Of a stretch of 64,000 bases of DNA, positions 47,111 through 56,325 are shown in pieces. Below the pieces are notes generated by a model. The model did not search any database and was not told the origin of the DNA. It was given only the letters and a program-made list of their open reading frames with translations. Both the position numbers and the translations under genes were made by a program. This stretch comes from an uncultured Candidatus Saccharibacteria bacterium (GTDB taxonomy: Bacteria > Patescibacteriota > Andersenbacteria > UBA10190): contig CAZLVG010000001.1 in the NCBI GenBank assembly GCA_964562905.1, forward strand, positions 2,297-66,296, read 5' to 3'. Each line of letters opens with the position of its first letter. Position 1 is the first letter of the stretch.

Positions 47111-48140
47111 CTCCCGTCGTTACTTTCCCTCCCACGTTAGTCCAGGGACTGCCTAGCTGTACAGGAACTCCGGAAAAAATCTTTCCGAACTCCCCGGTCA
47201 TGCCGCTTAAATTAGATCCGCCGCCGGCCAGCAGTATAGCTCTTACCCTTTCCTCGGGCGGCAGTTGCACCACCATCTCCTTAACCACCCGCTCCACCTG
47301 CCGTATCAGCTCCAGCACTCCTTCTTTCAAAACTTCCCTAAGTTGCGTGCCCTCTTTCCCGGCTGGCCCCGCGGCTGACTTTTTCTCGGCCGCTTCGGAC
47401 AAGGATAGGCCGAGCCTGGCGGCCAGCCGCCGCGTAAGGTCGTCGCCCCCCGTCTGAATGCTGGCCGTATACCGCATGGCACCACGGTCAAAAAACACCA
47501 CGTTAGTCGAGGTAGCGCCCAGATCAATAACCAGCACACCCCGTATGTCCGCCGCTTCCTCTCTTGACCGAGGCAGCAGGCAGCGTACCACCGACCTGGC
47601 TTCTAGCTCCAGCGCCATGACATTCAAACCCAAGCCGTCCAGCACAGCCAACAAAGGATCAACAACTTCGCGCTGAGCCACGCCTACCAGTACCTGGTGG
47701 TAGCGGCCTTCCCGCGACGAGTCCACCGGTTCCCAGTCAAGATAAACCTTGTCTAGGTCAAAAGGGATGTGGCGCCTGATCGCCCAACGTACAGCCTCAT
47801 CAGCTTCCCGTTCTTTCATAGTAGGCAAATCAATAACCCGCAGAAAAGATTGCATCTCTGGTATGGAAGCTACCGCGTATTTTTCTTTCACCGGTAAAGG
47901 GGAACAACGGGTCATAGCTTGGCCGAGTGCTTTAGTAACGGCTGGTATGTCTTGCACTATTCCTCTTCGCATAAGACGGGGAGCCAGCGGCGACCAGCAC
48001 ACCGTGCGCAATAGCGGATAATCCCCGCCCGTCACCTCGGCCACCTTTATGGACTTGTCAGAGATGTCTATACCAATCATAGAATTCCGTCGGGAACCGA
48101 CATGCCTGACGACAGCTCGGCATCCCACTGCTCTATCCAT
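47028..48140 (-). CDS. pilM: PilM type IV pilus assembly ATPase-like protein (set 2)
   Basis: Actin-like fold motifs IGIDISDKSIKVAEV and LVIDLGATSTNVVFF. Length 370 aa. Confidence 0.85.
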   Translation of the reverse strand: MDRAVGCRAVVRHVGSRRNSMIGIDISDKSIKVAEVTGGDYPLLRTVCWSPLAPRLMRRGIVQDIPAVTKALGQAMTRCSPLPVKEKYAVASIPEMQSFLRVIDLPTMKEREADEAVRWAIRRHIPFDLDKVYLDWEPVDSSREGRYHQVLVGVAQREVVDPLLAVLDGLGLNVMALELEARSVVRCLLPRSREEAADIRGVLVIDLGATSTNVVFFDRGAMRYTASIQTGGDDLTRRLAARLGLSLSEAAEKKSAAGPAGKEGTQLREVLKEGVLELIRQVERVVKEMVVQLPPEERVRAILLAGGGSNLSGMTGEFGKIFSGVPVQLGSPWTNVGGKVTTGGANISTADAMHFTTAIGLALRDENLGD

Positions 48141-48418
48141 AACTCCAAGCGATCAATCAAGTCCGTGGACAGGTCCAAAGTATTCGCCGGCTGCTCGACT
48201 GTCCCGGGCGGCTCCAGATACAACAAGGTTAAAACCAGATACAGCCCCAGCAGTAATACCAAAACGGCGGCCATAATGTCTAGAGCGTGGCTGTGGCCGG
48301 TCAACACCCAGCGCCCAACCGAACGAAACTTGTTCTTGAGCTTGTGGGTTAAGCGCAACCAGTTCTCTTTATCCGTGAGTAGTTTTACGTCAATCTTCAT
48401 AACCACTTTCTTGACCAT
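48077..48418 (-). CDS. Hypothetical small membrane protein (low confidence)
   Basis: 113-aa ORF with one TM (IMAAVLVLLLGLYLVLTLLYL), lying between the two pilMNO sets and overlapping the pilM start by about 60 nt. Confidence 0.3.
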   Translation of the reverse strand: MVKKVVMKIDVKLLTDKENWLRLTHKLKNKFRSVGRWVLTGHSHALDIMAAVLVLLLGLYLVLTLLYLEPPGTVEQPANTLDLSTDLIDRLELWIEQWDAELSSGMSVPDGIL

Positions 48419-49070
48419 CGCCCTCTTCGGCCAATATGGATATCACCGCTTGCGCGCTAAGATGCCCTGTTTTTTGCGGCTGCTGGCTGTCTTTTTCGGA
48501 CGAGCCGGGCGGTCCGCCGGGCGGCGCCGGCAGTCCCGCTCCGAGTGGCCTTTTGACCGACTCTCTCACTGTAAACTGCCAGTCAGCCACCTGTACCAAG
48601 TACGGCTGGTACTCCAGATAATGGAGCCAGCGCAGCGTATTTTCAGGGTCGCCGGCAGCGACAAGATGCATCCTAACTTCTCGCAAAGGCCCTGATGGTT
48701 TTATTATGTTGCCTTTTTCATCTTTCTTTATCTCTTCTTCCACATCCGGTATGGTCAGTCTGACATTGAAATCAGCAGCAGATTTTTCCAGTCTCCCTAT
48801 CACACTGCTCAAGTCGTCCCGACGAGGCACGAAGGCCAAAATACGGTTGATATCGTGCCGGCGGTCAGCCAGCTTCTCCTCCAGCTCCGTCAGGCGGCTG
48901 GCGCTGGCCAGGCTTTGCTCCAGCGCCGACCGGAGGCTGGCCGCGGCGCGCCGCTTATCTTGAATAAAGGAATGCAGTCCCAGCACCACTCCCAGTAGCG
49001 CCAGGATCAGTACGGCCTCAACTACTCTCCATATTATCAGCTGCTTGATTGTCCGCTTGGCCAGCAACAT
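48390..49070 (-). CDS. pilO: PilO-like protein (set 1)
   Basis: TM then coiled-coil (LTELEEKLADRRHDINR). Position after pilN. Confidence 0.6.
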   Translation of the reverse strand: MLLAKRTIKQLIIWRVVEAVLILALLGVVLGLHSFIQDKRRAAASLRSALEQSLASASRLTELEEKLADRRHDINRILAFVPRRDDLSSVIGRLEKSAADFNVRLTIPDVEEEIKKDEKGNIIKPSGPLREVRMHLVAAGDPENTLRWLHYLEYQPYLVQVADWQFTVRESVKRPLGAGLPAPPGGPPGSSEKDSQQPQKTGHLSAQAVISILAEEGDGQESGYED

Positions 49071-49076
49071 ATTCTC

Positions 49077-49604
49077 CTACCTTCTGTGTAATTTAAAGGA
49101 AAAAGTGGGCTCCGGCTCCAGGGCAAAATTACGCAGCGGCGCTTCCACTTGCCGCACCCAGTCTAGCCCTTTCAGCTTTTGCTGGTATTCTACCACCGCC
49201 TGGCGTTCGGAAGCGGTTCCGTTAATAACCAGTACTGAAGGTTCTTCTTCGTGAACCTCTAAGCCGGTCAGGCGCAAAGCCGGCGGCATAATCTCTAACG
49301 CGTCCTCCACACTGTCCGACCAGGGCTGGTAACTTACACGTCGCTGCTCAAACTCGCGCAGTAACCGGTTAACTTCCTCCACCTCCCTGACCACCTCGGA
49401 GTGAAAACCATCTCCTTCCGTTTTGCTGCCAGCCATCCCTTCTTCGATCTGCTGAAAAACCACAAAGATAGCCGCCAGTGCTCCTACCAGCAGCAGCAAC
49501 AGCAGGTAGATCCTGTTTAAAAAGCGTCCCAAGCGGCACAAGTATAAACGCCTGGTGCGCTTTCTCAGAAGAGGTTTAGGCAGGAGGTTTATTTCTTTAC
49601 TCAT
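49077..49604 (-). CDS. pilN: PilN-like protein (set 1)
   Basis: N-terminus EINLLPKPLLRKR (PilN N-terminal PilM-binding motif), one TM, periplasmic domain. Confidence 0.7.
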   Translation of the reverse strand: MSKEINLLPKPLLRKRTRRLYLCRLGRFLNRIYLLLLLLVGALAAIFVVFQQIEEGMAGSKTEGDGFHSEVVREVEEVNRLLREFEQRRVSYQPWSDSVEDALEIMPPALRLTGLEVHEEEPSVLVINGTASERQAVVEYQQKLKGLDWVRQVEAPLRNFALEPEPTFSFKLHRR

Positions 49605-49629
49605 ACGTTACCGCCGCAACTGCTCCTAC

Positions 49630-50655
49630 TTATTCTACCTGCCTAAGAGACAGGCCTAAGGCAGTGGAAAAGTGCACTGACTCTCGTAATGACAAGGGTA
49701 TCTTCTTCTTAGCCGATTTTAAAGGCAAGATATTGACCCAGGGATTGCCGCGCTGCACATGGACGTTATCAAAAAAGCGCAGAAAAACCCGATCTAGTCC
49801 AGGAAAGTTAGCGCCGCCGCCGGTTAACAATATCTCTCTGACCTCGTGCTGCTCGTCAATACTGTTATAAAACTCCACAATGCCCAATATCTCCATAACC
49901 AACCCTTCCTGCGCCGCTCGCATTCTCTCTGCCATCAAGGCTGCCTCTTCCTCCGGCAGCTCCTCTTCCCTAGGAAAAGACAACTCTTTAGCCTCGCGGG
50001 CAGGCAACGCTTTGAGGAGGTCCTGTCCCCCCCGCTGCAAACTAGCCGTAAACCGAATAGTCCCGTGGTCATGAATCACCACGTTGGTAGCTGTCCCCCC
50101 CAAATCAACCAGTAACAGGCCCTGATGAGCTTTAAGCTCTCGCGAAACCAAAGCCCGCACAATGGCCTGACTTTCCAGCTCCAGCGCCGCCACGTCCAGC
50201 TGTAACTCATACAGAACCTCTAACAGCGGATCTACCACCTTTTTCTGAGCTGCTCCCACCAACACCTCCTGCTTACCTTCAACCACTTTATGCCCCGACT
50301 TAACAGGCTGCCAGTCAACATATACGTTCTCCAGTCCAAAGGGAATATGCCGCGCCACTTCCCACGGCACTGCTTCTTCTATCTCCTCCGGGTCCATAAT
50401 GGGCAACTGCGTCACCCGCAAAAATGACTGCGTTTCCGGCACGGAAACCGTTACCGGATCGTCCCACGACAACAGCCGGCAATATTTCCTAGCCCGGGAC
50501 AGTGTCTTTTTTAAAATGGAAGGTTGTTGTATTACGCCCCGCTCAATAACTCCGTTAGGGATTGGTTGCCAGCAGTGGGCCAGCAGCCGACGTGGAGAAC
50601 TTTCCGACAGCTGAACCACCTTCACGGAACGGTCCGATATGTCTAGGCCTATCAT
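49630..50655 (-). CDS. pilM: PilM (set 1)
   Basis: Motifs MIGLDISDRSVKVVQL and LLVDLGGTATNVVIHDHG. Length 341 aa. Confidence 0.85.
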   Translation of the reverse strand: MIGLDISDRSVKVVQLSESSPRRLLAHCWQPIPNGVIERGVIQQPSILKKTLSRARKYCRLLSWDDPVTVSVPETQSFLRVTQLPIMDPEEIEEAVPWEVARHIPFGLENVYVDWQPVKSGHKVVEGKQEVLVGAAQKKVVDPLLEVLYELQLDVAALELESQAIVRALVSRELKAHQGLLLVDLGGTATNVVIHDHGTIRFTASLQRGGQDLLKALPAREAKELSFPREEELPEEEAALMAERMRAAQEGLVMEILGIVEFYNSIDEQHEVREILLTGGGANFPGLDRVFLRFFDNVHVQRGNPWVNILPLKSAKKKIPLSLRESVHFSTALGLSLRQVE

Positions 50656-52064
50656 TGCACCTCCTCCCAGGAAATAAACTTATACTGCCCGGTGGTGGGG
50701 AAATAAGGCGGGGGTAAGTATAGCATGTTGGGATCGTACTCGGAGACCCCTTCCTGGTAGCCGCTGACTACCGTGCCGTCAGAGTCAACCCAACTGGTGA
50801 CGGGCACCAAGTTACTGGCTATCATGCCGTAGCGGGTGATCCTGGTTTTCAGTCGGTGCTCTCCATAATAATAGTACCGGCGGCCGAACCTCCCTTTCTG
50901 GGCTATATAAGCACCGTCCAGCTGCAGGTAATCGGGAGCGGCGGAATAAGGAATGAGCACGTGGCGCTGGGCTATAGCTCCCAGCGCGCGCGAGCCGTCC
51001 TTCACCCCGCCATAGCTGATGTCACCATTAACAATAATGTCCACGTTAGTGCCGGGCGCGTCGGGAAATCTGCCCGCGGCCACCGTAACGCGGTCCCTTA
51101 CTTCTCCTTCCATCCACAGCGTATCTTCCACATATATCACGCCCCCGGACGGCACCAACTGTGTTCCCAAAAAGGTTTCCTGGCCGATATCGTGCGAAGT
51201 CCATTGCCAGCCCGTCTCCGGAAACCACGACCATATGTTTGACCCTTTACTGTTCACTTCGTACATGGAGTAAGTGTTGTCCGCGTTAAAAACCAGATGG
51301 TAGCCATAATTACCTGAAGTACCGTAATAAGTGCCGGCCTGCTGCGCCAGGTCTTTCATGTCCAGCAGGTCCAGCGTCAACGAAGCGTAATCCACCACCG
51401 GCACCGGAAATTCCCATAAATCCCGCATCTCCCCGCTTCCCCACACCCCCGGCTTCTCTTCGTAGTCGCACCCGTGATGCGGCTGGCAAATGTAAGTTTC
51501 TTTAGCGCTGGCCATTAGGCTCTCCGAATAACCGTCCATCCTTATCCCTCCGTTAGCGTGTACCGGACCGTTTATCTCGCCGCCGTACCACACGTCACTG
51601 TTGGTTATAGACGAGTACCGCGCCAGCGACTCTTTGCCATACCGTGCCTTTAGGGTAACTTCCCGGCTTGGCTGGCTGGACGTGGTGCCTACTGACTGGA
51701 TCATAACCACGTCACTCCCGGACAGTGACTGAAACGTAACCTCAAAGGAGCCCAGCACCCCCGCGTATTGATCTTCCACTTCCCGTGTTTCGGAGGAAAA
51801 ATCTTCCGTGCTGTGCGCCAGCCGCCAGCGGCCGTAGTTGAGACCGGCTTCCGCGATCTGAAAAGCCAGCTCGTCGCCGGACTGCAGTACGGCCTCGTGG
51901 TAAGTGCGGCTGACTAAGCCCGCCAGGCCCGTAAAAATGACCACGAACATAACTACGAATACCAGTGTCATTATCAGCACGCCGCCTCGCTGGCGGCTAA
52001 CGCCGCCGGAAGCTCCTGCGCCAAAGCAATCCCTCAAGAAGGACATGAATATATAATAACACAC
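50652..52064 (-). CDS. PilX-N-like minor pilin / pilus-associated protein
   Basis: N-terminus QRGGVLIMTLVFVVMFVVIFTGLAGL followed by AFQIAEAGLNYGRW (PilX_N-like). The C-terminal domain is large and beta-rich. Confidence 0.6.
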   Translation of the reverse strand: MCYYIFMSFLRDCFGAGASGGVSRQRGGVLIMTLVFVVMFVVIFTGLAGLVSRTYHEAVLQSGDELAFQIAEAGLNYGRWRLAHSTEDFSSETREVEDQYAGVLGSFEVTFQSLSGSDVVMIQSVGTTSSQPSREVTLKARYGKESLARYSSITNSDVWYGGEINGPVHANGGIRMDGYSESLMASAKETYICQPHHGCDYEEKPGVWGSGEMRDLWEFPVPVVDYASLTLDLLDMKDLAQQAGTYYGTSGNYGYHLVFNADNTYSMYEVNSKGSNIWSWFPETGWQWTSHDIGQETFLGTQLVPSGGVIYVEDTLWMEGEVRDRVTVAAGRFPDAPGTNVDIIVNGDISYGGVKDGSRALGAIAQRHVLIPYSAAPDYLQLDGAYIAQKGRFGRRYYYYGEHRLKTRITRYGMIASNLVPVTSWVDSDGTVVSGYQEGVSEYDPNMLYLPPPYFPTTGQYKFISWEEVQ

Positions 52065-52086
52065 CGCGGTTATTCAAAAACCGCGG

Positions 52087-53547
52087 TTACCGCCACGTGG
52101 AAAACCAGAACAGTTTTTCGTACAAATCATGCGGTAAAAAGAAGCCGTACGTTAAGGGACTGAACACTAAAAACATAGCCGCCGCCGCTCCCAGCAGTAC
52201 ATAATAATAGGGGGGCTGCTTCATCAAGCTCCCTTTTCTGAAAAACCCGGTTCCGTCCAACCAGAGCAGACCCGCCAGTAAAGCGAACAAAAGAGGCGTA
52301 AGGTAATGATAAAGAAACAGCGCCCGCGGTACGCGCGCCAAAGGTACATAAGAGATAATATAACCGGCCAGCGGAATGAAAACGGCTTTATTATAGCCGT
52401 CAGAACCTAACCTTTTCAGAGATTCCAATTTATAAGCCGCGAAAAAATCTCTTATTTGTTTACTCCGCCTGTACAGGAATGAATAACACATGCCAAGCAG
52501 TGAAATAATCAACAGAGCGCCTATGCTCCACCAGACAACCAGATTACCCAGAAAATAAATGGAGGCTACGCGGCCTTCACCGCCGCTTTGCGTCCAGTAA
52601 AAAACGGGGGTGCCGACATACGGCCAACTCCACCAGCGACTGGCATCCGGATGGGTAGCTTCAAGGTTGTAGTTAGCGTCAAACATGATCCGATGTAATT
52701 CTATCGTTTCTTTGACAAAAGTTACGGGCAGCCAACCTTCGTCCCACTGCGGTACCCGCCAGGCATCTCCCGGTCCGGACTGTGTGAGCAAAGCAAAATG
52801 CAGCGCCCAGCCTGCCCCGTAGACAGTCAGGCCGCTGGCCGCGATTAGCAGAGCAACTGCCAGATAACGAGCTAACATCTTGTAAGATGAGACATTAAGC
52901 ACGCGCCAGGCCAGTATTACCGCCAGCACACCCGCGGCCACCAAGCCGGTAAACTTCGCGCCTACGGCCAGTCCGGCCAAGGCTCCTGCCGCGCACGCGC
53001 GCCACGCCCATCTCTGCCAGTGAAAAGGACTTTTCCTGAATGATTTTTCCATCCCCAAGTAGGCGCTTAGACAACCAAAAACAGCTACCAGCAGCACGCC
53101 GTCCAGGGATATTACGCGATTTTGCACGGTCAGAGCGTTATCAAATATAACCATCATGCTCCCTAAAAAAGCTGCCGCCTGTCCGGCTCCCAACTGTCTT
53201 AACAATATAAAAATCACGAGCGGCAGCAACATTCCCATAAGCGCCGGTACGGCCCGCAGTCCGATAGGAGACACAGCACCGTACCTCTGCCCTATATTGG
53301 AAAACGACAAGTCTCCCTCATAACCAGCCAGTTTAGCGGCGCCCGCCACCAGCAGCTTGGCGTGGGGCGGATGGATATCAAAAAATCTCTCTCCCGTACA
53401 GCAGTAGGCCGTAACGAACTTTCCAAAATGAACCTCGTCAAAAACCACTTGCCGCGGATAGCTTAGCCACATAAATTGAGTGGCCGCGGCCAGCGCGAGG
53501 ATAACCAACAATAATTTGAACCGCTGCGACATAAGTACAGATATCAC
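52087..53547 (-). CDS. Protein O-mannosyltransferase family (GT39/PMT) GT-C glycosyltransferase
   Basis: Strong PMT signature VFDEVHFGKFVTAYCCTGERFFDIHPPHAKLL (loop-1 DE motif). About 11 TM helices. Confidence 0.8.
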   Translation of the reverse strand: MISVLMSQRFKLLLVILALAAATQFMWLSYPRQVVFDEVHFGKFVTAYCCTGERFFDIHPPHAKLLVAGAAKLAGYEGDLSFSNIGQRYGAVSPIGLRAVPALMGMLLPLVIFILLRQLGAGQAAAFLGSMMVIFDNALTVQNRVISLDGVLLVAVFGCLSAYLGMEKSFRKSPFHWQRWAWRACAAGALAGLAVGAKFTGLVAAGVLAVILAWRVLNVSSYKMLARYLAVALLIAASGLTVYGAGWALHFALLTQSGPGDAWRVPQWDEGWLPVTFVKETIELHRIMFDANYNLEATHPDASRWWSWPYVGTPVFYWTQSGGEGRVASIYFLGNLVVWWSIGALLIISLLGMCYSFLYRRSKQIRDFFAAYKLESLKRLGSDGYNKAVFIPLAGYIISYVPLARVPRALFLYHYLTPLLFALLAGLLWLDGTGFFRKGSLMKQPPYYYVLLGAAAAMFLVFSPLTYGFFLPHDLYEKLFWFSTWR

Positions 53548-53655
53548 ATTATGCCATGCCGCTCTTCAAAATAAACGGGTGGCGCGGGGTGGAGGGTGCA
53601 GGGCCGTGCCAGGGCCCGTTATAAGTATAGCGGCATGGCATAATGTTACCTCTGT
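53539..53655. mobile_element. MITE-like repeat, copy 3 (complete, both TIRs)
   Basis: The perfect TIR tcacattatgccatgccgct ... agcggcatggcataatgt is embedded in longer imperfect terminal similarity (agatatcacattatgcc... / ...ggcataatgttacctctgt). The element is near-identical to the reverse complement of the 60541-60656 copy. Confidence 0.75.
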
Positions 53656-53821
53656 AGATGTTTATTTTATGCGACAGTATTATTTTCCTCCACTGTCGTC
53701 AACGGCCATGTCTGTGCTCTGCGCTAATTAATCTAACTACGTCAAGCGCTAGCCGCTGGCTGTCCGGGCTAGACCGTCGGTACCGGCTGGCAACCGCCGC
53801 CGTAACGACCGCCGGCTGAAA

Positions 53822-55639
53822 TCAAGGCGAGGGCGAAGGGCTGGGAGAGGGCGAAGGGCTGGGAGAGGTGTCATCGTCAACTATAATTACCCCGGCCGGC
53901 GGGCCTAAAGACACGCTGTGGGCGTGGCTAAAGGCGCGGGCCAACGCCGCCGCGAAGTCTTCGTCCCCCTCCACCTGATCGTCGCCCTCCACCGCCGCCG
54001 GCACCGTTTGACTTAAGGAACCGCCCGGTTCAAAGGTGAGCGTGATGTCACTGCCGCTGTAATCGCCATCCGACCGCGCGGCCGACCCGTCCTGAAATTC
54101 CAGCCGGACGGTCAACGTATCATCCACCGATGACGACAAAGACACCTTAAAAGCAATCGGCGTGCTGTCGGAGGCATCCCCTTCAGTCACCGGCAGCGGG
54201 TTGGACAATACTACGTCAGGATCGGCTGGGTCCACGTTCTGAACGGTCACCGCTACCGGAGAGAGAACTTCTTCCGCCGCGCAAGTGCCGGCCGGACCCT
54301 GGCAGCTGCCGCCGACCACGCTGCAGCCGGAGGGACCTTCAGCGACCACTTGAGTCTCGCAGCCGCTCTCCCATCCCCCCCAGTACCAGCTGCAGCCGGC
54401 GTCATCGGCGCAAATAGTGCGGCAGGTGCCGCCAGCGCCGCACATTTCACCCGCGGGACAGTCAGTGTCCTGTGAGCAAGCCGCGTCGCTTGATGATACA
54501 TGGCACTCTTCACCGTTAGCGCACCAGCTCCTGTCCGAATCCACCAGCGGGTCGGGTTCCGGACACGCCATCGGGCCACATTCCAGTCCGGGGCAGGCCC
54601 CGCCGGCGTCATATCCCCCCCGGCAGGAAGCCGACGCGCCTCCGCCGGACGCCGCCCGGCAATCAGGCGTCCACGTGGTCCGGCACTGGCTGACTACCCG
54701 CCAGCGGCCGCAGCCAGTAAAGGTGCCGGAATCTATATATTGGCAGTCAGTAACACAGCTGCCCGGGCAGTCCAGCGAGGTGGCACAGCTGTCCTGTTCG
54801 CAAAACATAGCAGTATCGTCGGCCGGTCCTCCTTCGTCATAGGAAGCGAAAGTAAGCTCGTACCAGTCATTTTCGTAACAGTAACCGTTAAAACAGGCGC
54901 TGCCGGCCGGACAAGTCCAGTCCGGACAGCTAGCCGTGGGGCAAGTACCGCTAAGCGGGCACAGCGCTCCCGTACCGCACCACGTACCGGGCCGGCAAGA
55001 CTCCCCTTGGACCGGCAAATCCGGCGCCGTCACTCCGCAAAAGCCGGTCAGGGGGCACAGCTGCCCGTCGTCGCACAGCAGGCCCGGCGTGCAAGCGGTA
55101 CCCGAAGTCGGCGGCCCCGGTCCCGGCGGAGGGTCGCACACCCCCGTGGAAACGTCGCAATCGCGCCCGTCGGGACATGAAACACAGGAGGCGGGCCGTC
55201 TTTTCTCCGTCACGTAAGTTACGGTCCGCACGTCACGCGCCTCTCCTCCGGCTGTGGTCCAGGCCACTTCTATCTCAACCTTTTTAAAATCCTCCGCTTC
55301 ATCAGCAGTCAGCGGGTCATCCACATAGGCAATACTGGTTGTCATCTGATACTGTTCATTATCCCGGCTAACCGTCTGCGGAGCCGCGTCTATCACTCCC
55401 TCCGGCTCTGCCGGGTCCGGGGACGTATAGCCCACGTCGCTGTAAGGCAAGGAGTCGATGTACCCTTTCTGCTCGTTCAAAATGGACAGCGCCGACAACT
55501 GGCGCTCCGCTCCGGTAAGCAGGCGCGTAGTCAGAACGGAAAGTCCCAGCACACTGACGCTCACAAACCCGATAATAAAGACTGACACCAACACGCCGAC
55601 AAGGCTCTGTCCTCTACAAACTTCCCCTGTGTCCTTCAT
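53822..55639 (-). CDS. Cys-rich cell-surface protein with C-terminal Calx-beta domain and (SP)n tail; pilus-associated adhesin candidate
   Basis: N-terminal hydrophobic anchor. About 60 Cys in repeated CxxGxxC modules. Calx-beta motif DYSGSDITLTFEPGGSLSQTVPAAVEGDDQVEGDEDF. The C-terminus is SPSPSPSPSPSP. It is co-oriented directly upstream of the PMT gene. Confidence 0.6.
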   Translation of the reverse strand: MKDTGEVCRGQSLVGVLVSVFIIGFVSVSVLGLSVLTTRLLTGAERQLSALSILNEQKGYIDSLPYSDVGYTSPDPAEPEGVIDAAPQTVSRDNEQYQMTTSIAYVDDPLTADEAEDFKKVEIEVAWTTAGGEARDVRTVTYVTEKRRPASCVSCPDGRDCDVSTGVCDPPPGPGPPTSGTACTPGLLCDDGQLCPLTGFCGVTAPDLPVQGESCRPGTWCGTGALCPLSGTCPTASCPDWTCPAGSACFNGYCYENDWYELTFASYDEGGPADDTAMFCEQDSCATSLDCPGSCVTDCQYIDSGTFTGCGRWRVVSQCRTTWTPDCRAASGGGASASCRGGYDAGGACPGLECGPMACPEPDPLVDSDRSWCANGEECHVSSSDAACSQDTDCPAGEMCGAGGTCRTICADDAGCSWYWGGWESGCETQVVAEGPSGCSVVGGSCQGPAGTCAAEEVLSPVAVTVQNVDPADPDVVLSNPLPVTEGDASDSTPIAFKVSLSSSVDDTLTVRLEFQDGSAARSDGDYSGSDITLTFEPGGSLSQTVPAAVEGDDQVEGDEDFAAALARAFSHAHSVSLGPPAGVIIVDDDTSPSPSPSPSPSPSP

Positions 55640-55650
55640 ATGCGGCTCGG

Positions 55651-56325
55651 TTATGGAAAGGCCGGAGCGGCCGGCGGCAGCGGAGGAGCGCTGCCGGCCG
55701 CGGTATCTCTTAACCGTCCCCGCCGCGGCGTGACCTGGGTTTTGATAACCGCCGCCGGCGGGTCCTGGTCCTCGTCGGCATCAACTAAAAAGGTAATCTC
55801 TACCCGATCAACCGCCTTTAAGTCGTAGGCGGGATCCACTGCCTGCGCGCCGGCCCCGCCCAGCGAATAATAAACCAACAGCGGCTTGGCTTGCGCCGCG
55901 TTCCTGAAGCCGCGGGCCAGCACCTGCGGCGACTCGGTCCCCGTGCCTCCCATTTCCGTCACTCGGCGCATAAGTTTATCGCCGTCCACCCAGTACTGCA
56001 CCATCTCCGGCTCACTGTCGTCGTCGGCGTTGGTGTATATCACTATCTCTCCCGGGCCGGCGCGCCTTAACCACCTTTCCGCCTCACCGCTGAATTGGCC
56101 GTCATCGTCAAAATCCACGTTGCCGGCGTTGCGGATAGCGTCGCTCATCCTGTCCATTTCCGCCTTGGCCTCTTCCACTATCCTGCCCTGCTCTATCTGA
56201 AAGCGCGAGATACCCGCCACCCTCACCGCCAGCGCGAACAAGGCCGTCAACACCAGCGCGCCCGCCGCCGCCACCAGCAATACCTCAATAAAGGTCAGGC
56301 CTCTTTTGTCATTCTCAATCATCAT
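55651..56325 (-). CDS. Type IV pilin-like protein (prepilin N-terminal cleavage/methylation domain)
   Basis: Class III signal KRGLTFIEVLLVAAAGALVL (G|LTFIE). Confidence 0.8.
   Translation of the reverse strand: MMIENDKRGLTFIEVLLVAAAGALVLTALFALAVRVAGISRFQIEQGRIVEEAKAEMDRMSDAIRNAGNVDFDDDGQFSGEAERWLRRAGPGEIVIYTNADDDSEPEMVQYWVDGDKLMRRVTEMGGTGTESPQVLARGFRNAAQAKPLLVYYSLGGAGAQAVDPAYDLKAVDRVEITFLVDADEDQDPPAAVIKTQVTPRRGRLRDTAAGSAPPLPPAAPAFP

Noticed and set aside
54253-55217. Several 90-230-aa ORFs (Arg/Ala-rich) antisense or out of frame within the Cys-rich Calx-beta gene
   Set aside because: These are antisense artefacts of a GC-rich, repeat-rich coding region. The sense ORF has a clear Calx-beta motif and repeated Cys spacing.
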